Assembly (NCBI GenBank): GCA_947474455.1
Contig: CANJIL010000006.1
Span: 4,037-68,036, forward strand
Direction: 5' to 3'
From: Hyphomonadaceae bacterium
Lineage (GTDB): Bacteria; Pseudomonadota; Alphaproteobacteria; Caulobacterales; Hyphomonadaceae
DNA length: 64,000 nucleotides
This document shows, piece by piece, positions 63,810-64,000 of the stretch. A program made the translations under genes and the position numbers. A model generated the notes under the pieces. The model ran no database searches, was not told the DNA's origin, and saw nothing but the letters and a program-made list of their open reading frames with translations. Every line of letters starts with the position of its first letter. The stretch's first letter is position 1.

Positions 63810-64000
63810 AAGAACCTGTTCTTCCGCTCGCGCACTTCGGCAAACGTTGCGACCACATCTCCCGGGTGGCCGACGAAGGCCTGGAGGGCCGGGTCGTCGG
63901 CCCGGAGGAAGGGGTTGGCTTTTTTCTCGCGGCCGATGGTGGTGGGGACGGTGGGGATGTTGTGAGAGCGCTTGGCGGCGACGTCTTCGGAGTAGGCGAT
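63806..64000 (-). CDS. gloB: hydroxyacylglutathione hydrolase, C-terminal part (5' end outside the window)
   Basis: Own translation of the minus strand: ..IAYSEDVAAKRSHNIPTVPTTIGREKKANPFLRADDPALQAFVGHPGDVVATFAEVRERKNRFL-stop. T.G.EK..NPFLR is the GloB C-terminal signature. Confidence 0.8.
   Translation of the reverse strand: MAYSEDVAAKRSHNIPTVPTTIGREKKANPFLRADDPALQAFVGHPGDVVATFAEVRERKNRFL

Noticed and set aside
1-64000. CRISPR arrays, transposases/IS elements, prophage genes, toxin-antitoxin pairs and known defence systems.
   Set aside because: No regularly spaced direct repeats, no DDE/tyrosine recombinase motifs and no characteristic defence-gene signatures were found on either strand.

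Overview
High-GC alphaproteobacterial chromosomal segment (GC judged by eye, not computed), densely packed with housekeeping genes on both strands. Recognised genes are hflKC, ald, bioY, a Kef-type antiporter, queF, nadABC with a NadQ-type regulator, moeA/moaC, tRNA-Leu(UAA), rpoH, rluD, phoD, hisI, folE, cysS, yidD, thrS, phaR/phaB and gloB. There are also two hybrid histidine kinases, a P450, a polyprenyl-phosphate-type glycosylation module and many small exported proteins. No CRISPR array, transposase, integrase or rRNA was seen.

The most unusual feature is a nine-gene co-directional minus-strand cluster (20979 to 13660). Three tandem paralogous signal-peptide-bearing 4-cysteine proteins of no family I recognise are translationally coupled between nadA and nadB. 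An HD hydrolase and a PTP-loop phosphatase sit directly upstream of the NadQ-like regulator. Two near-identical palindromic boxes lie in front of nadA.

Second-tier observations:
- At least six or seven decayed genes (frameshifts, an in-frame stop, truncated relics).
- A thrS-orf63-GT2 chain joined by ATGA overlaps.
- An ArnT-like/ArnC-like pair.
- A DUF2785/DUF2007/DUF2235 trio.
- A family of GC-rich palindromic intergenic repeats.

All family assignments come from motif recognition in the translations, with no database search. Hairpin and box coordinates may be off by 1-2 nt.
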